64,000 nucleotides of DNA from Nitrospirota bacterium (GCA_021789555.1 JAJYJK010000001.1:76581-140580); one strand, 5' to 3'; numbered from the stretch's first letter, positions 44,690 through 53,133 are shown. Notes: generated by a model from the letters alone, not told the origin. Made by a program: numbers and translations.

Positions 44690-44772
44690 CCCTTTAAAAT
44701 CCTCCTTCTTTGCCCCCGCCTGCGGCGGGGCCGCAACTTGCCCGTTTTAGAACTTCGCCATGCCACCCGACT

Positions 44773-45492
44773 TTAGAGCGTTGCCATGCTACCCGTAACT
44801 TTGCTGGCGGCCTCATCGAAAGTCTGTATCGCCTTCTGGTAGGTCTCGTATTCCCTCAGTGCGTCTATCATCCTCACCATCTCATTGACGACATCGACGT
44901 TTGAGGCCTCGAGATAACCCTGCTTTACCGCGGCATCCGACTTCACCACCGCGCCCTTCCAGTAATAGATGCCGGACCCCATCTTCACGACTGCCGCATT
45001 GTCCGGGAAGTCCACGAGTTTCAGGCTGTCCACCTGCTCCCCGTCCACGTATATGTTGCCTCCGGTGTCTATCTTTATTGACCCCTGCATCTGGTCCGCG
45101 GTCAACTTGACAGGTCCCTTTTCCCCAAGGACCTTTATCCCGTTGGCAGTCGTCAAAAAACCGTCGCCCGTCAATTTCAGGTCCCCCCTCCTCGTGTAAC
45201 GGTTCCCCTCGAGAGCTATGAAACCCTGCCCCTCGACGCACAAATCCATGGAGTTTGAAGTCTTGAATATGTTGCCTTCTGAAAAGTCGGTCTTCTCGGC
45301 GGACAATGTGCTCATGTCCCTTTCCTCCTCCTCTGGATTCGTTGCCGGGGAATTTACCAGATAATCCTTGAACGACATGTTCTCCTTCTTAAAACCGGGG
45401 GTGTTTACGTTTGAAAGGTTGTTGGAGATGGTGTCCATCTGGAGCTGCTTTAGTACCGCGCCTGACAACGCTATGTAAATTCCTTTGTACAT
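44773..45492 (-). CDS. flgF: Proximal rod protein FlgF
   Basis: MYKGIYIALSGAVLKQLQMDTISNNLSNVNTPGFK...YLEASNVDVVNEMVRMI. It is shorter than FlgG. Confidence 0.85.
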   Translation of the reverse strand: MYKGIYIALSGAVLKQLQMDTISNNLSNVNTPGFKKENMSFKDYLVNSPATNPEEEERDMSTLSAEKTDFSEGNIFKTSNSMDLCVEGQGFIALEGNRYTRRGDLKLTGDGFLTTANGIKVLGEKGPVKLTADQMQGSIKIDTGGNIYVDGEQVDSLKLVDFPDNAAVVKMGSGIYYWKGAVVKSDAAVKQGYLEASNVDVVNEMVRMIDALREYETYQKAIQTFDEAASKVTGSMATL

Positions 45493-45505
45493 GACCGGTT
45501 ATATT

Positions 45506-45520
45506 GCAATTTCAGTGCCA
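45506..45520 (-). promoter_or_regulatory. Sigma-54 promoter of the flgFGAHIJ operon
   Basis: Minus strand reads CTGGCAC-TGAAA-TTGCA, an exact TGGCAC-N5-TTGC. The -12 C at 45506 lies only 14 nt upstream of the flgF ATG at 45492. Confidence 0.75.
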
Positions 45521-45654
45521 GCCTGAAAAAAATAGCCGAGGGCATTGCCGCCGGTCGAATAATATGCCTTGAATGAAGATTTCCCGGGATATCCGCCCCG
45601 TGGAATCTGCAATAGAGGTTTTTGTTTTTTTCGGCCGGCGGAGGGAAAACTTTT

Positions 45655-45702
45655 CCCCCCGGCAAATTTTTGCCGCCCCCCGATTAAATAGTTTGCCGGG
45701 GG
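45655..45702 (-). promoter_or_regulatory. Dyad CGGCAAA-TT-TTTGCCG plus a third TTTGCCGG half-site (candidate UAS for a sigma-54 activator)
   Basis: CCCCCCGGCAAATTTTTGCCGCCCCCC (45655-45680) and TTTGCCGGGGG (45692-45702), 136-183 bp upstream of the -24 element. It shares the CCGGCAA core with 36117-36172. Confidence 0.35.
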
Positions 45703-45765
45703 CAGGGGGAGTGTCTCACCTATATTGACACAGAGGGAGGCGGGCGAAGTGAAGAACCGGCGGCC

Positions 45766-46329
45766 CTACTTGCCGCGAATCAGGCCCACGGCAAAGACCC
45801 ATCCGGTCAGGGGGAATTGTTTGAATACAACGGTCCTGCTGCCCTCAAACTCGTATCTCACAACGCCTTCGGGTTTTGAGAGCATCACGCGCACTTTTTC
45901 ACTCAGGCTCCGGCTGCCCATGTCCGCTGGATAGGCAAACAGCAGTGATGCCTTCCTGTGCAGGCAGGTCTGTCCGGTTGAGTTCAAGGCGTAAAAGACC
46001 ATATCCTCCGGCAGGGCCATTTTTTCATCTATCATCCGGCTTAGCTCCTGGACCGAAAGGGATGCGCCGAGGGCCCCGATAATCCTGCCGTTTCTTTTCA
46101 CCGGGACCGCGACGATGGCCGTCCGCTTTCCCGTGGACTTGCTGATAACCAGCCGGCCGATTACATCCTTGCCCGCAATGAGCCCTGGGAAATACGCGCG
46201 GTTCCGCAGACTGAGGCCCGTGAGACCCTTCTCGACCGTGTAATAGGACCCGTCGGGCCGCGCGAACCAGAGGGCGGCGGCCCCTATGCCGCTTCCGCCG
46301 AAACGGGCAATCACTCCCGTGCTCTTCAT
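45766..46329 (-). CDS. Stand-alone Cache-like sensor-domain protein (no TM or output domain seen)
   Basis: RNRAYFPGLIAGKDVIGRLVISKSTGKRTAIVAVPVKRNGRIIGALGASLSVQEL is a Cache-type ligand-module pattern. ATG 46329 follows GGAGG. Confidence 0.55.
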   Translation of the reverse strand: MKSTGVIARFGGSGIGAAALWFARPDGSYYTVEKGLTGLSLRNRAYFPGLIAGKDVIGRLVISKSTGKRTAIVAVPVKRNGRIIGALGASLSVQELSRMIDEKMALPEDMVFYALNSTGQTCLHRKASLLFAYPADMGSRSLSEKVRVMLSKPEGVVRYEFEGSRTVVFKQFPLTGWVFAVGLIRGK

Positions 46330-46655
46330 GGCGCACACCTCCGCCTTCCCCCGCGCCGGTCGCCCTCCGGGCGGCGCGCGTCCTGTTTCGGGGCGGTTTA
46401 TAGAGAACATTACCTGTTATTACCGTAACACATATCCATACGGTGTCAACTCAAGGTTGTGAAAGGGAACTGAAAAGTTGTGAAGGAGAACCGAATAAAA
46501 AATCATTTAAAGACAGGGCGCGTGCAACCGCGTTATGTACTCATGGCCTGGACAGGAGGAGGAAGCAATGCGCTAAAATTCACTGAAACTTCGGAGAGGG
46601 AGAAACCATCCGGGGGCGGGCCGGAGGCGGACGCGAAACAAAAGGCGCTGCGCGG

Positions 46656-47024
46656 CTATTTTTTGTTCAGCCCCAGTATAAGCTCCACTTCGCCCGCGGG
46701 GACGGAGAGTATCCGCGCTATTTCAAGCGCGTCAAGCCCCTTTTCCCTGAGCGCCAGTATCTCGTCCATACGGTTTAGGCGGCGGCCCGCCCCCTCCGGG
46801 CCGGACTCCGCGTACATCGAGGCATAGAGGAGTTTTTCAAGGGCCTCTATCTTTTTGCCGGCTTTTTCCTCAAGGATTTTCAGGAGGGCGATTTTTTCGT
46901 CTATTCTTTGTTCAAAACCCTGCAATTCGGGGCTGTCTTCAAGGCCCTTCCCGTCCGGTCCTTCCTCCCGGGCCTTCGGGTCCGTCTTCTTCTTTTTTTG
47001 AGATTTTTTGTTTTTCCAGAGCAT
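46656..47024 (-). CDS. Small coiled-coil protein with a C-terminal HTH-like motif (DUF2802-like, seen in flagellar/che clusters)
   Basis: Lys-rich N-terminus and a central coiled coil. The C-terminus MDEILALREKGLDALEIARILSVPAGEVELILGL resembles the DUF2802 C-terminal motif as I recall it. Confidence 0.5.
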   Translation of the reverse strand: MLWKNKKSQKKKKTDPKAREEGPDGKGLEDSPELQGFEQRIDEKIALLKILEEKAGKKIEALEKLLYASMYAESGPEGAGRRLNRMDEILALREKGLDALEIARILSVPAGEVELILGLNKK

Positions 47025-47045
47025 TTAAAATAAAATGAACTCCTT

Positions 47046-47195
47046 TCAGACCTTTATGTCTATCTTGCCTTTTTCCTTCTTGCCTTGCTCCTGTTGGTCC
47101 TTGTCCTTATCTTTTTTCTTTTTCGGGAGGGCGCCGTCCTCATGCCTTATCACCTGCGGGGGCTGCGGCACGCTTACAACGGGTTCGATGGACAT
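47046..47195 (-). CDS. Candidate small ORF (49 aa, Lys/Asp-rich), not in the ORF track
   Basis: GGAGGTGGAAAGAGAA-ATG gives a strong SD. It translates MSIEPVVSVPQPPQVIRHEDGALPKKKKDKDKDQQEQGKKEKGKIDIKV and fills the otherwise empty 189-bp gap between two co-oriented genes. Confidence 0.35.
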   Translation of the reverse strand: MSIEPVVSVPQPPQVIRHEDGALPKKKKDKDKDQQEQGKKEKGKIDIKV

Positions 47196-47213
47196 TTCTC
47201 TTTCCACCTCCTT

Positions 47214-48422
47214 TTACATGAAATGCATCTTTTCATTGAGGAAGGTCTCTTTGAACTTGGAAGCGATTTCGCCGTATCTTCCGTCATCGATCTTGAGGAG
47301 CCTCTGGAGTTCCTTTTCGCCCAAATCCAGCTCCGGCATCGGGGACTTATACCCGATTCCGAGCCTTGTGCAAAGCGCATCCGCGAGGGCGACAATCAGG
47401 CACAGCTCGCGCACGTCGCCCTGTACCGCCTTATCAAAGCTTTTCCAGCTATGGTGGTACAGGATGGCGCCGGAGAGGATGTCCGGGAAGCCCCATTTCT
47501 CGCCGAGGAGCGATCCCACCTCCGCATGGCCGAAGCCGAAGACCTCGGTTTCGACCGTATGGAAGGGCACTTTCTCCTCCTGCACGGACTGCGCGAGAAA
47601 CAGATACCTCTCGGGCTGATTGCTGTTCATTACGAGCTTGCCGGTGTCATGCAGAAGGCCGGCGATAGCGGCCTCCTCCCTGCCCGAGCGTATTTCCGCC
47701 GCTATGGCGCCGGAGGCAAGCGACACACCGAGGTTGTGTTCCCAGAGCTTTTCCTCCAGGAGGCCGAAAGGCCTGTAGATGTCGCGGGTGGAAACGGCAA
47801 GCGTCACGGAACGGATAGTGTTGAAACCGAGGACCGAGACGGCATCGGAGATCGTGTCGACATTCTGGCGGAACCGGAAAAAGACCGAATTGGCCATCTG
47901 CAGTATCCGGGTTGTAAGGGAGCTGTCGGCCATGATGGCATCCTTCAGGTCCTCAATGGTCGTATTTTCCTGGCCTATGAGGGCCAGTATCTTCGCCGCC
48001 ACCAGGGGGACAGCCGGCAATTTGGCGCTCTGCAGTATGAGGCTCCTCGTATCAACCGGCCCCTCCATCGATTGGAGCGCCGCCTTGATGTCCTCGAAAT
48101 TGAATGGTTTCTTCACCAGTCTTATTTTTTTGGCCTTTATCTGCCGTTCGACGCCCTCATCCATGACGGCACCGGTCAGCAGGACAAACCTGCCCGCAAG
48201 CCTGGGGTCCAGTCCGCTTATTTTTTCGAATATCTGCAGGCCGTTTGTTCCCTGCAGGGTCAGGTCGCAAAAAACGGCGCTATAAAAACGTTTGCCGGCG
48301 AGGTGTTTCCCCGCCTCCTGCCAGCCCGGCGCCACGTCCGCCTCGTAGCCCAGGAAATCCCCATACAAATCCAGTATCTCGGTTATGTCGGGATCGTCAT
48401 CTATGATCAGGAGTCTGGCCAT
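47214..48422 (-). CDS. Response regulator REC - HDOD domain protein
   Basis: REC motifs LLIIDDD and AVFCDLTLQG. HDOD: LPAVPLVAAKILALIGQENTTIEDLKDAIMADSSLTTRILQMANSVFF...VLGFNTIRSV...LHDTGKLV. Confidence 0.85.
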   Translation of the reverse strand: MARLLIIDDDPDITEILDLYGDFLGYEADVAPGWQEAGKHLAGKRFYSAVFCDLTLQGTNGLQIFEKISGLDPRLAGRFVLLTGAVMDEGVERQIKAKKIRLVKKPFNFEDIKAALQSMEGPVDTRSLILQSAKLPAVPLVAAKILALIGQENTTIEDLKDAIMADSSLTTRILQMANSVFFRFRQNVDTISDAVSVLGFNTIRSVTLAVSTRDIYRPFGLLEEKLWEHNLGVSLASGAIAAEIRSGREEAAIAGLLHDTGKLVMNSNQPERYLFLAQSVQEEKVPFHTVETEVFGFGHAEVGSLLGEKWGFPDILSGAILYHHSWKSFDKAVQGDVRELCLIVALADALCTRLGIGYKSPMPELDLGEKELQRLLKIDDGRYGEIASKFKETFLNEKMHFM

Positions 48423-48437
48423 TTTTAAAGTACACTA

Positions 48438-48466
48438 ATTATAATTTCCATCCTTATTAAGGTCAA
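48438..48466 (-). promoter_or_regulatory. Sigma-70-type promoter candidate directly upstream of the REC-HDOD gene
   Basis: Minus strand reads TTGACC-N17-TATAAT. The -10 ends 15 nt before ATG 48422 and no SD intervenes. Confidence 0.4.
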
Positions 48467-48481
48467 GCAAGGACCATTGCC

Positions 48482-49546
48482 TCATTTGCATACGTACCCG
48501 ATTATCGCGCCGGGGATATCCTCCGCGGGCAGGACATCATCGGCGATGCCGGCCTCCACGACGGCCTTCGGCATGCCGTAGATAACGCTGGTCTTCTCGT
48601 CCTGGGCGATGATCCTGCCGCCCGCGCTTTTGACCCCCCTTAGACCTGCCAGGCCGTCGTTTCCCATGCCTGTGAGTATCACGCCGACGGCCCTTCTCTG
48701 GAAATGGGCGGCAACCGAGGCCATCAGCGCGTCAACCGACGGACGGTAGATGAAATCCCCGCCCTCCTCGACTGAGATGAACGGCCTTGGCATCCCGCTT
48801 GCCACCCTCATATGCCCGCGGCCGGGCGCTATATAGACAACGCCGTTTTTGACGCTTTCGCCGTCTTCGGCCTCTTTTACCGAGACGTTGCTTATCTGGT
48901 CCAGCCGTTCGGCAAAGGGTTTCGTGAAGTAGGGCGGCATGTGCTGGCTGATCAGAACGGGGACCGGGAAATCCCTTGGCAGGCTGGGTATTATCTGCTG
49001 GAGAATTTTTGGCCCGCCCGTGGAGGCCCCGATTGCAACAATGTCCACCTTTGCGCCGTTCGCGCAGCAAAAGACATGGTGGGACGCGACGATGTGGGGG
49101 AGGGCTATCGCGGGTGCAGGGGGCGGCCGCATAAAGTACCCCTTCCTGCCCAGGTGCTTTATCTTCTCCCTGAGCACCTCCCTTATCTTTACTATGTCCA
49201 TGCTGGTGCCGGAGAGGTTCTTGGGGATGAAGTCCACGGCCCCCAGCTCCAGGGCGTGAAGGGTGATCTTTGCCCCCTCCACCGTCTGCGCGCTGACCAT
49301 TACGACCGGCATGGGGGTCTCACTCATGATCCGCTTCAGGGCCTCGATGCCGTCCATCTTCGGCATCTCCACGTCCATCGTTATGATATCGGGTTTCAGG
49401 GCCGCAGCCTTCTCCACCGCCTCATAGCCGTCGGCCGCCGTGCCCACCACGTTTATCCCGGGGTCGGAGCCGAGCATCGTGGTGAGCGCCTTCCTCATGA
49501 ACGGGGAATCATCGACCACGAGCACCCTTACCATGCCTGCCTCCAT
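48482..49546 (-). CDS. cheB: Chemotaxis methylesterase/deamidase CheB (REC + CheB_methylest)
   Basis: VLVVDDSPFMR, IITMDVEMPKMDG, IGASTGGP and GMGNDG. The alternative start is ATG 49534. Confidence 0.9.
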   Translation of the reverse strand: MEAGMVRVLVVDDSPFMRKALTTMLGSDPGINVVGTAADGYEAVEKAAALKPDIITMDVEMPKMDGIEALKRIMSETPMPVVMVSAQTVEGAKITLHALELGAVDFIPKNLSGTSMDIVKIREVLREKIKHLGRKGYFMRPPPAPAIALPHIVASHHVFCCANGAKVDIVAIGASTGGPKILQQIIPSLPRDFPVPVLISQHMPPYFTKPFAERLDQISNVSVKEAEDGESVKNGVVYIAPGRGHMRVASGMPRPFISVEEGGDFIYRPSVDALMASVAAHFQRRAVGVILTGMGNDGLAGLRGVKSAGGRIIAQDEKTSVIYGMPKAVVEAGIADDVLPAEDIPGAIIGYVCK

Positions 49547-49576
49547 TTGCCCATCTCCCTTTCGGGCGAAGCGGGG

Positions 49577-50776
49577 CTAGAAGCCCAGCCCGGAAAGCAT
49601 CTGGTCCACCCCCGCCTGAGACACCTTCTCCGGGGCCTGAGCGAGGGAGGGACTTTGTTCTATCTTTACGCCAAAGTTGGCTATGAGCCCCATGAGTTCC
49701 TTTTCCACCTCGCCCACAAGCCCTATCACCTTCTTCAGCGCCTGCCCGGTCAGGTCCTGGAAAGACTGCGTCGTAAGGACCTCGGTGAGGTCGTCCTCGA
49801 GCCTGTTCTTGAAACTCTTCAGATAAGCGACCGTCTCCTCCGGCTCCTTTATCTGCCTTATATGAGAGGAGAGCTCGTCGATGCTCAGGATGTATTTTTC
49901 GACGAAGGCCATCGTCTTGTTGGCCGCCTCCTCCGTCTTGTCGATCACGTACTTCAGACGGTCGACTGCGTGGGGCATCTCCGTAGTGGCCATGTCCTTC
50001 AGTTTCGGGTCGATTGCGTCGTTGAAATTCTTGAGGGAGTCGTGGAGTTTCCGGGTCACCTTGCCCACCTCGTTGTACAGCTCGCCCCGGCCTTTCTTGA
50101 TGATCCTCTGAATGACGGCCTCGGCCTTTTCGTAATCGCGCGCGTCCAGGGAGTCCAGGAATTCCATCACCTCCGTCATGATCCCGTCGAGGTCGCCCGA
50201 TAATTTTTTCCCGAAGAACTCCTTGGCGTCATGGACTTCCTTCAACTTCATCTCCCCCGCCATGGTCTGAACGCTCCTCGTGACCTCGACGCTGCCGTCG
50301 TTGCCGATCTGCTTTACCTCAAGGGCTTCATCCTCGAAGAGGGCCACGTCCTCGAACGGGATAAGTTTCTTGGGGTCCAGGAGGACCAGCAGCTTGTCTT
50401 TTATCTTCGCCACGCCCTTTATCTGCTCCATCTTCTCGGAGAAGAACCTCTCGGGGTGCTCGACGGCGCCGCCGTCAATCTCGACGACGCCCGTGATGCC
50501 GTCCACCAGGACGCCGAAAGTGATCTTGCCGCTTGAAATGACGATGATCTTGCCGCCGGAGGCCCCGCCGTTGGAGCCGTTCGAGCCGTTCATGTTAAGG
50601 AGGCTTTTAAGGTTCACTATCACTATGATGCTGCCCCTGAGATTCGTAACGCCCTCTATGTAAGCCGGCGCCTGCGGCATCCGCGTGATCACCGGGGCGT
50701 TTAGTATCTCACGGACCTTGAGGATGGGTATGGTGTATTCCATCGACCCGAGTTTAAACCCTATGTATTGCTCCAT
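49577..50776 (-). CDS. CheW-CheZ fusion protein (N-terminal CheW-like domain, C-terminal CheZ phosphatase)
   Basis: The N-terminus EYTIPILKVREIL...AYIEGVTNLRGSIIVIVNLK...FGVLVDGITGVVEI is CheW-like. The C-terminus has the CheZ active-site motif SFQDLTGQALKKV and the CheY-P-binding tail AGVDQMLSGLGF (compare E. coli QDFQDLTGQVIKR and QVDDLLDSLGF). Confidence 0.8.
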   Translation of the reverse strand: MEQYIGFKLGSMEYTIPILKVREILNAPVITRMPQAPAYIEGVTNLRGSIIVIVNLKSLLNMNGSNGSNGGASGGKIIVISSGKITFGVLVDGITGVVEIDGGAVEHPERFFSEKMEQIKGVAKIKDKLLVLLDPKKLIPFEDVALFEDEALEVKQIGNDGSVEVTRSVQTMAGEMKLKEVHDAKEFFGKKLSGDLDGIMTEVMEFLDSLDARDYEKAEAVIQRIIKKGRGELYNEVGKVTRKLHDSLKNFNDAIDPKLKDMATTEMPHAVDRLKYVIDKTEEAANKTMAFVEKYILSIDELSSHIRQIKEPEETVAYLKSFKNRLEDDLTEVLTTQSFQDLTGQALKKVIGLVGEVEKELMGLIANFGVKIEQSPSLAQAPEKVSQAGVDQMLSGLGF

Positions 50777-50822
50777 GTCCTACCTCCTGGCAGTTTTTCA
50801 TTTTCCATCTTCACTTTCATTT

Positions 50823-52736
50823 TCACGTGTTCACGTGCTCTTTATCGAAGAGATTGCGGGCGATATAGCCCAGGTCTATTATGAGTATCACCCTGCCGTC
50901 GCCCGAGATAGTGGCGCCCAGAATCGAGGGCGCAGCCGACCCGGAGCCGGTGATGGATTTTATCACCACCTCCTGAAGCCCCAAAAGCTTGCCCACGCCT
51001 ATGCAAAACCTGCTGTCGGCAACGGCGACCACAATAATGTACCTGTCTGCCCGGCCCGGCTGCCCGTCTGACCCCCCATCCGAAGACTCGGGGGACTGGT
51101 CCGGGGACTGGTCCCCTCGGGATAAAATCTCGTGCGCCGCGTATTGACGGATCTGGCTTAGTTGTCCGGAGTGGTCTTCCAGCAGCCAGGCGAGCTCGAA
51201 ATACGGATAGACCTTCCCCCTGATATTGATGACTTTTTTGTCCACGAGGTCTTTTATCTCGCTGCCGGCCATCTTCATCGTCTCATCGACAAGGGTAAGG
51301 GGGATCGCGTAAACCGAGCCCTTCACCTCGACGAGGAGGGCATGGATTATGGCGAGGGTAAGCGGCAGGCTTATCCTGAAAGTGGTGCCCGCGCCCCGCT
51401 TGGTCATGACCTCGATGAAGCCGTTTAATTTGCCTACGTTGTTTTTGACCACGTCCATGCCCACGCCCCGGCCGCTTATTTCGGTGGCCACATCATTCGT
51501 TGAAAGCCCGGGCAGGAATATGAGGTTCACCGCGGCATCGAGGCCAAGATCCGCGGCCTCCGCCTCCGTTATGAGGTCCTTCTGGACGGCCTTTCTCTTT
51601 ACCTTTTCGACGTCGATGCCCTTGCCGTCGTCGGCCACCTCGATGACTATCTGGTTGCCTTTCTGGCTGGCGTTTATCGATACCACGCCCCGTCCGGGCT
51701 TGCCCCTCGCCACCCTTTCAGCCGAAGGCTCGATGGCATGGTCCAGGGCGTTTCTTATTATGTGCACCATCGGGTCCGCGATGTGCTCTATGACCGATTT
51801 GTCCACCTCGGTCTGCTCCCCGGATATCCTGAGTTCGACGTCCTTGCCGAGGGAGGCCGACAATTCCTTCACGAGGCGCGGGAATTTCCCGAACACTTTT
51901 TTGAGCGGCTGCATCCTCATCTTCATCACGGCGGCCTGCATGTCGGAGGTGAGGAGGTCCAGGAAAGAGACGGCCTCGAAGAGGTTTTCCATCTGCGGGT
52001 CCGAGGAATATTTCTGCTCGAGACCGCCCGCGAGGTTTAGGAGCCTGTTTCTTATCAGCACCACCTCGCCGGTGAGGTTCATGACCTGGTCCACCTTCTC
52101 CACGCTTATACGCAGGGTCTGGATGGAATCGTCCTTCTTGTCCGCCGGGGAGGCCGTTGCCGCCGCGCCCTTTTGGGGATGGCCATCCCCCGGATGATTT
52201 GCATCCGCCGCGGGGCGCGGGGCCGGCGCCGCGTCCGCGATGACCGCCGGCCTTGCCTTTATCTCTCCCGGGTCTGTTTGCCTTTCGGCCTGCCCGGCAG
52301 GCCCCGCCCCCTGTGCGGGATGGCCGGCCTGCAAGGGTTTTGCGGCCGTGAGGGCGGCCTCAAGCCCGGCAAGCAAGGCGGCCGTCTCCGTCCCGTCCTG
52401 CCCCTCATTGCCCTTTGTCCTTATATGTTTCAGAAGGACCCGCACCATATCGAAGCTCTTGAGTAGGACGTCTATAAGCGGCCGGGCGAGGGCTATCTCC
52501 TTGTCGCGGACCTTTTTAAGTATCGTCTCGGCCCGGTGAGAGACGTCCACGATCTGCTGGAAGCCCAGGAAGCCCGCGGCCCCCTTTATCGTGTGCATGC
52601 CCCTGAATATATCGTTGATGGTCTCCTGGTCGAAACCCTTGTCGTCCATTTCGACCAGCTTCGGGTCTATGCGGTCCAGGGTCTCCTCGGCCTCGGTCAC
52701 AAAATCCGCTATTATCTCTTCCATGTCGTCGGGCAT
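50823..52736 (-). CDS. cheA: Chemotaxis histidine kinase CheA (P1-linker-P3-P4-P5; no obvious P2)
   Basis: Hpt motif FRGMHTIKGAAGFLGF. HATPase motifs (HIIRNALDHAIE, DDGKGID, GRGVGMDVV). A C-terminal CheW-like domain. P1 is followed by a Pro/Ala/Gly-rich low-complexity linker. Confidence 0.9.
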   Translation of the reverse strand: MPDDMEEIIADFVTEAEETLDRIDPKLVEMDDKGFDQETINDIFRGMHTIKGAAGFLGFQQIVDVSHRAETILKKVRDKEIALARPLIDVLLKSFDMVRVLLKHIRTKGNEGQDGTETAALLAGLEAALTAAKPLQAGHPAQGAGPAGQAERQTDPGEIKARPAVIADAAPAPRPAADANHPGDGHPQKGAAATASPADKKDDSIQTLRISVEKVDQVMNLTGEVVLIRNRLLNLAGGLEQKYSSDPQMENLFEAVSFLDLLTSDMQAAVMKMRMQPLKKVFGKFPRLVKELSASLGKDVELRISGEQTEVDKSVIEHIADPMVHIIRNALDHAIEPSAERVARGKPGRGVVSINASQKGNQIVIEVADDGKGIDVEKVKRKAVQKDLITEAEAADLGLDAAVNLIFLPGLSTNDVATEISGRGVGMDVVKNNVGKLNGFIEVMTKRGAGTTFRISLPLTLAIIHALLVEVKGSVYAIPLTLVDETMKMAGSEIKDLVDKKVINIRGKVYPYFELAWLLEDHSGQLSQIRQYAAHEILSRGDQSPDQSPESSDGGSDGQPGRADRYIIVVAVADSRFCIGVGKLLGLQEVVIKSITGSGSAAPSILGATISGDGRVILIIDLGYIARNLFDKEHVNT

Positions 52737-52743
52737 ATCGTTT

Positions 52744-53133
52744 TTATCCCCTCTTTTCGAATATCTTCTCGAGCTTTTCCTTCAGTATCTCCGCGGTGAA
52801 GGGTTTCACCACGTAATTGCTGACGCCCGCCTTGATCGCCTCGATGACCTTGTGTTTTTCGGCCTCGGCGGTGACCATGAGAAAGGGCAGGTCCTTGAGG
52901 TCCTGGTTTGCCCGGACTTTCTTCAGCAGGTCGAGCCCGTCCATGTTGGGCATGTTCCAGTCGCATACGACGAACTGGAAACCTTCGCCCGTGAGCTTTG
53001 AATAGGCCTGCATCCCGTCTTCCGCCTCCTCGATCCTTTCAAACCCGAGCTGCCTCAGGATGTTCTTCACAATGCGCCTCATTGTGGAGAAATCGTCGAC
53101 CACGAGTACCTTCATATTGGTGTCAATGGCCAT
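52744..53133 (-). CDS. cheY: Chemotaxis response regulator CheY
   Basis: [20 protein letters not shown]...[12 protein letters not shown]...LMVTAEA...YVVKPFT closely follows the E. coli CheY pattern. Confidence 0.9.
   Translation of the reverse strand: MAIDTNMKVLVVDDFSTMRRIVKNILRQLGFERIEEAEDGMQAYSKLTGEGFQFVVCDWNMPNMDGLDLLKKVRANQDLKDLPFLMVTAEAEKHKVIEAIKAGVSNYVVKPFTAEILKEKLEKIFEKRG

Noticed and set aside
44712-44732. GC hairpin (CCCCGCC-TGC-GGCGGGG) between flgF and flgG.
   Set aside because: A short intercistronic stem without a U-tract inside an obvious operon. It is likely just an mRNA structure or stabiliser and is not separately interpretable.
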